Of a stretch of 20,278 bases of DNA, positions 16,359 to 20,278 are shown piece by piece. The number at the start of each line of letters is the position of its first letter. The first letter of the stretch is position 1. The stretch spans positions 1 to 20,278 of the forward strand of contig JANNWY010000023.1 in NCBI GenBank assembly GCA_031409335.1. The letters run 5' to 3'. The position numbers and the translations under genes were made by a program. Source of the stretch: Chthoniobacteraceae bacterium. GTDB lineage: Bacteria > Verrucomicrobiota > Verrucomicrobiia > Chthoniobacterales > Chthoniobacteraceae. The notes under the pieces are model-generated. The model was not told the origin of the DNA and made no database searches. It saw nothing but the letters and a program-made list of their open reading frames with translations.

Positions 16359-17483
16359 ATGCCTGTTGTCTCACGTGGTCTTGAAGGAATCGTCGCGGCT
16401 GAAACGCAAATCGGGGATGTGCGCGGGGACATCGGTCAGCTCATTTATCGCGGGTACGACATTAACGGACTCGCGGGGAAAGTTTCCTTCGAGGAGACCG
16501 TTTTTTTGCTCTGGCACGGGCGGCTGCCGCGGCAGCGCGAGCTGGATGCGCTGACGACGGCACTGCGGGCGGAGCGCGAGCTGCCGCAGGGGGTGATCGA
16601 CTTTATCGTGAAGGCGCCGAAGACGGCGGCGCCGATCGACATCATGCGCACGGGCGTGAGCATGCTCGGTTGTTACCCGACGGTGCGGCATGATTTGGAC
16701 ATGGCGGAGAGTCTCGCGATCGCGATCAAGCTGGTCGCGCAGATCGGGATCATGGCGGCGTATTTTCATCGGGCGCGGAATGGGAAGGAGCTGCCGCCGA
16801 TTCGGAAGGATCTCGGCGAGGCGGCGCATTTTCTGTGGTTGATGACGGGCGAGGAGCCGAGCGCGGAGGCGGTGCGCACGCTGGATGTGGCGTATGTGCT
16901 ACACGCGGAGCATGGGTTTAATGCTTCGACTTTCACGGCGCGCGTGGTGGCTTCGACTTTGAGCGATATGTATTCGTCGGCGAGCGCGGCGATCGGCGCG
17001 CTGAAGGGGCCGCTGCATGGCGGGGCGAATGAAGGGGTGATTCACATGCTCCAGGAAATCGGGTCGCTGGATCACGTGGATGCGTGGATCGAGGAGGCGC
17101 TCGCGCAGAAGAAGAAGATCATGGGCATCGGGCATCGGGTTTACAAAGTGCTCGATCCGCGCGCGCCGCATTTGAAGGCGATGGCGATCAAGTTGAGCGA
17201 GGAACTCGGCGAGGCGAAATGGATTCAGATGAGCGAGCGGATCGCGGCGATCATGAAGGAGCGGAAGGGGCTGAATGCGAACGTCGATTTCTACAGCGCG
17301 ACGGTTTATTACTCGCTGGATATTCCGACCGATCTTTTCACGCCGATCTTCGCGATCTCGCGGATGAGCGGCTGGACGGCGCACATCCTGGAGCAGCTCG
17401 CGGACAACCGCCTTTTCCGCCCGCTCAGCGAATACACCGGACCGGCTCCGGGGCTGGTGGCGAAGCCAATCGCGGAGCGGTAG
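16359..17483 (+). CDS. gltA: Citrate synthase (short citrate/2-methylcitrate synthase type)
   Basis: 374 aa. GLEGIVAAET, LIYRGY, HAEHGFNASTF, GALKGPLHGGANE, IMGIGHRVYK..DPRA, NVDFYSA, RMSGWTAH. Confidence 0.95.
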   Translation: MPVVSRGLEGIVAAETQIGDVRGDIGQLIYRGYDINGLAGKVSFEETVFLLWHGRLPRQRELDALTTALRAERELPQGVIDFIVKAPKTAAPIDIMRTGVSMLGCYPTVRHDLDMAESLAIAIKLVAQIGIMAAYFHRARNGKELPPIRKDLGEAAHFLWLMTGEEPSAEAVRTLDVAYVLHAEHGFNASTFTARVVASTLSDMYSSASAAIGALKGPLHGGANEGVIHMLQEIGSLDHVDAWIEEALAQKKKIMGIGHRVYKVLDPRAPHLKAMAIKLSEELGEAKWIQMSERIAAIMKERKGLNANVDFYSATVYYSLDIPTDLFTPIFAISRMSGWTAHILEQLADNRLFRPLSEYTGPAPGLVAKPIAER

Positions 17484-17605
17484 TAGCCCGTTGAAGAAGC
17501 CTCACGCAAAGATCGCCAAGGTCGCAAAGAGGAACTTCATCAGAGAACCTTTGCGGCCTTTGCGATCTTTGCGTGAGGAACCATGAGTTTTTCAACAGGC
17601 TCTTA
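17481..17605. repeat. Palindromic MITE-like element filling the gltA/murI convergent gap; possible bidirectional terminator
   Basis: Ends tagtagcccgttgaagaa and tttttcaacaggctctta. Inner 30-bp inverted repeat 17500-17529 / 17549-17578 with 2 mismatches, built from ~9-nt cgcaaag units. Confidence 0.8.
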
Positions 17606-18457
17606 GCGCACGACCTGGCCGAGCGGCTCGTGGCCTTCCGGGCAAAACGCGAGACGGCCTTTGACTTCGGCGACGTGTTCGATGGGCGGCGGTTTTTCGC
17701 CGAGGAAACGCCCGGCGTGCAGGGCAAATCGTGCGCCGTCGCCGGAGCAGAGCACGCGCAGATGTCCGGTGCCCAGTGTTTGGAATTCAGGGTGACGCGC
17801 GAGCCAGTCCGCGAAACGCTCTGCTAGAAATGGCGCGGGATTCAACACGGCGACTTCTTTCGGGACCACGTCCGCAAAGGCGCGCGCGAGCAGGGGATAG
17901 TGCGTGCAGCCAAGCACGATCGTGTCCACTTCGCCGAGCGCGGCGACGTATCGCGCGACGGCGAGCCGCGCGATTTCGGAGTCTTCCCACGCTTCTTCGA
18001 CGATCGGCGCGAGCAGTGGTGCGGCGACTTCCACGACTTCCACCGCGGTCGAGAGTTTGCGCACTTCGGTGCGGAAGGTGTGCGACGCGACGGTGCGGGC
18101 GGTGCCGAGAAATCCGATGCGCCCGCGCGTCTGCCGGACGGCGGCTTCCGCGGCGGGGATGGTGACGCCGAGCACGCGCCGGTCGCCGTGGTGACGCCGC
18201 TGCAAGTGGCGCAGCGCGACGCAGGAAACGGTGTGGCACGCGACGATGACGACGCGGCAGCCTTCGTCGAAAAGCCGCTCCACGCATTGCTCGGCGAAGT
18301 CGAGAATCGTCTCCACATCGCGCCCGCCGTAGGGCGCGCGGCCGGCGTCGCCGAGGTAGGTGAAATCGGTTTGCGGCAAAACGCGCCGCAATTCCCGCAA
18401 CATGCTGAGGCCGCCGTAGCCGCTGTCGAAGACGCCGATGGGTGAAGGTGCGGACAT
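17603..18457 (-). CDS. murI: Glutamate racemase
   Basis: PIGVFDSGYGGLS, YLGDAGRAPYG, IVACHTVS, VLGCTHYP; both catalytic Cys present. The start is placed at ATG 18457. Confidence 0.95.
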   Translation of the reverse strand: MSAPSPIGVFDSGYGGLSMLRELRRVLPQTDFTYLGDAGRAPYGGRDVETILDFAEQCVERLFDEGCRVVIVACHTVSCVALRHLQRRHHGDRRVLGVTIPAAEAAVRQTRGRIGFLGTARTVASHTFRTEVRKLSTAVEVVEVAAPLLAPIVEEAWEDSEIARLAVARYVAALGEVDTIVLGCTHYPLLARAFADVVPKEVAVLNPAPFLAERFADWLARHPEFQTLGTGHLRVLCSGDGARFALHAGRFLGEKPPPIEHVAEVKGRLAFCPEGHEPLGQVVR

Positions 18458-18477
18458 CGTGAGACCCCGCGGTAGCG

Positions 18478-19602
18478 TTAGTTTTTCGCCTCGGTCGGCG
18501 TCTCGACCTCCGGAGTTTCGACCGCCGTTGTGGCTGTGCTTTCCACTGGCTCGGATGGAGGCGGCGGTAGTGGTGGTGGTGGCGGCGTGGTTTTGGGTGC
18601 GGCTTTGGAGGACGGCGCGGCCTGCGGTCCGACCGCGCGCTGATAATTCCGAACGGCCTGCATGATCGACGCCGCCATCTGCGCCCGGTAGGCGGGATTC
18701 GCGATCATTCGCGCGTCGCTCGCATTCGTCTGAAAGCCGCCCTCGATCAGCACGCCAGGGATCGTGATGTCGCGGATCACCACAAAGCGCGCGCGCTTGA
18801 TGCCGCGATCCCACATGCGCGAGCGGACGACCATCGCGGCGTGCGTGGCACAGGCGAGCGCCATGTTTTCGGCGTCGTTTTCGTGCCCGGCGCACGGCGT
18901 GAGATCGGTGATGGACGGGCCGTCGGCGGCCATGGATGGCACGCCGCGCGGCGCGAGTGTGAAGGTTTCGAGCCCGGTTCCCGCGCCGCCGGAATTGAAG
19001 TGGACGGAGATGAAGAGCGCGTTTTTCTGCGCATTCGCGATCCGCACGCGATCGCCGAGCGAGATGAAAGTATCGGACGAGCGGGTGAGCACGACTTTGA
19101 ACCCGGCCTGCATCAGCAGCGAGCGCGCGCGGGCGACGACATCGAGCGCGAACGTCTTTTCGTAGCCGTATGGCGACGACGCGCCGAGATCGTGTCCGCC
19201 GTGGCCGGCATCGAGGACGACGGTGGTGATGCGCTCGGCGTTGCGGATGCGCCCGGGCCGCATCACGGGCTCGACGAGCTTCGTCAAATCCATGCGCGAC
19301 ATGCAGAGGTGCCCATCGTGCTCGATGACGGGATAACTCAGGTTGAATTTCAGATTGTTGATGTAGAACTCCGGCGACTTCGCGCGACCGCGCAGTGAGC
19401 GCATTCCGCCGCTGAGATGAAAGTCCGGCCCATTGATCCGCACCTGCCCGAGTGCATAGAAGCGCGCGACGTTTTGGACGGTCACGTAATCCCGGCCTTC
19501 GAACTTGAAAAGGGTCCATTCGCCCTGCTGCGCGCCAGTGGCGGCGCATCGAGGTGCGCAGATGGAAAATAGCGCTGCAAACAGGAGAAAAACCCGGCGC
19601 AT
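18478..19602 (-). CDS. N-acetylmuramoyl-L-alanine amidase (Amidase_3) with Pro-rich tail
   Basis: Signal peptide MRRVFLLFAALF; VVLDAGHGGHD, YEKTFAL, LTRSSD.FISL..R...AN, LFISVHFNS, PGVLIEGGF. It ends 20 nt before murI, so an operon is likely. Confidence 0.93.
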   Translation of the reverse strand: MRRVFLLFAALFSICAPRCAATGAQQGEWTLFKFEGRDYVTVQNVARFYALGQVRINGPDFHLSGGMRSLRGRAKSPEFYINNLKFNLSYPVIEHDGHLCMSRMDLTKLVEPVMRPGRIRNAERITTVVLDAGHGGHDLGASSPYGYEKTFALDVVARARSLLMQAGFKVVLTRSSDTFISLGDRVRIANAQKNALFISVHFNSGGAGTGLETFTLAPRGVPSMAADGPSITDLTPCAGHENDAENMALACATHAAMVVRSRMWDRGIKRARFVVIRDITIPGVLIEGGFQTNASDARMIANPAYRAQMAASIMQAVRNYQRAVGPQAAPSSKAAPKTTPPPPPLPPPPSEPVESTATTAVETPEVETPTEAKN

Positions 19603-19968
19603 GGGGCGCGAAAGTAACGAGGTGCGATGGGATGGCAAGCGCTTTGGACCGCTGGAAATGCCCGCCCGATCGGATTTTTTGGCGGGCCAATGGACGGAAG
19701 GCGGATGTGTGATGCGTCTTCCGGCCGGATTAGGCAAACCGAACAAGTGCCGGCTTCAAAAACCGTGCTTTGTCTGCACCCGGACACCGTCGTCCTCGCG
19801 AAAGCCGCGCCGGACGGCTGGAAGGAACACTGTCAGGAAAATCACTGGTCTTTTGTTGTTGCGGCACCGGCGGTTTCCTCAAGGTAACGCAAAACCCTGC
19901 TCGTCCTCGTCCTCGAAATTCAGCGGAAAAGTACGGGCAGGACCGGGTAAAACCTGCTGATTCACAGC

Positions 19969-20142
19969 CTAGCAGCCTGTTGAAAAAGTCGCCGATTCCA
20001 ATTCCGGATTCCTGCTCTTGATCTTGATCTTGATCTTGATCTTGATCCTCTGTTTGCCAGAGTAAACAACCCTCGCATTGGAATCAAGATCAGGAGCAAG
20101 AGCAAGAGCAGGAGTCCGCCCCGAGGTTTTTCGACAGCCTAG
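19969..20142. repeat. Palindromic MITE-like element with hexamer-repeat core
   Basis: Ends ctagcagcctgttgaaaaa and tttttcgacagcctag. The core (tcttga)x5 at 20016-20045 faces atcaagatcaggagcaagagcaagagcaggag (20083-20114). Confidence 0.8.
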
Positions 20143-20278
20143 TGTAGTCCGTCAAGCAGATTGCACTTTATCGAGTTTGCGGCGACCCCGCTTAACCTTT
20201 TCGAGTATGTCTGCGGCAGCGGCCGTCCAAAGGATGGGTTTGGGATCGGCATTGTGAACCTGCAGATGCTCCTCGATT
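20139..20278 (-). mobile_element. IS630-family insertion sequence, right end (truncated by the window)
   Basis: Minus strand ends ...TGAcggactacacTAG. A CTAG/TA terminus immediately after the transposase stop is typical of IS630. Confidence 0.75.
20152..20277 (-). CDS. IS630-family transposase C-terminus (partial)
   Basis: Manual translation gives IEEHLQVHNADPKPILWTAAAADILEKVKRGRRKLDKVQSA*, matching the IS630 C-terminal pattern HN..PKP(F/I).WT...DIL.KV.R. Confidence 0.8.
   Translation of the reverse strand: MEEHLQVHNADPKPILWTAAAADILEKVKRGRRKLDKVQSA

Noticed and set aside
18458..19690. 695-aa amidase-overlapping extension of murI
   Set aside because: The upstream part is an Arg-rich off-frame reading of the amidase gene, and MurI homology starts at 18457.
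19627..19960. Small ORFs or an ncRNA upstream of the amidase
   Set aside because: No recognisable motif or RNA family; it may be a gene remnant but this is unsupported.

Overview
High-GC bacterial chromosomal window. The protein styles suggest Verrucomicrobia, possibly Chthoniobacterales-like, which is inference. Left to right it holds a palindromic repeat cluster, a decaying TonB-dependent receptor pseudogene, two tandem paralogous secreted glucose/sorbosone-dehydrogenase-like (GSDH) + PKD proteins, Skp/OmpH and a flippase-like membrane protein. Next is a ~5.7 kb REP-bracketed cassette (10491-16176), then citrate synthase, murI, a cell-wall amidase, and the 3' end of an IS630 transposase. 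The cassette is the most unusual part. It contains an FGE-sulfatase-fold (C-type-lectin-like) secreted protein, a REP-associated HUH/Y1 tyrosine transposase (RAYT) and a large secreted lipase-like protein. Eleven copies of a 24-nt REP (GTGA-CACAGGCT-TTCC-AGCCTGTG, with compensatory stem changes) lie in and around it. A paired-REP element (REPIN) sits in frame inside the RAYT catalytic domain and another forms its C-terminus. One REP has a foreign palindrome nested in its loop, and two solitary REPs in inverted orientation bracket the whole cargo block. All family assignments come from motif recognition, not database searches.
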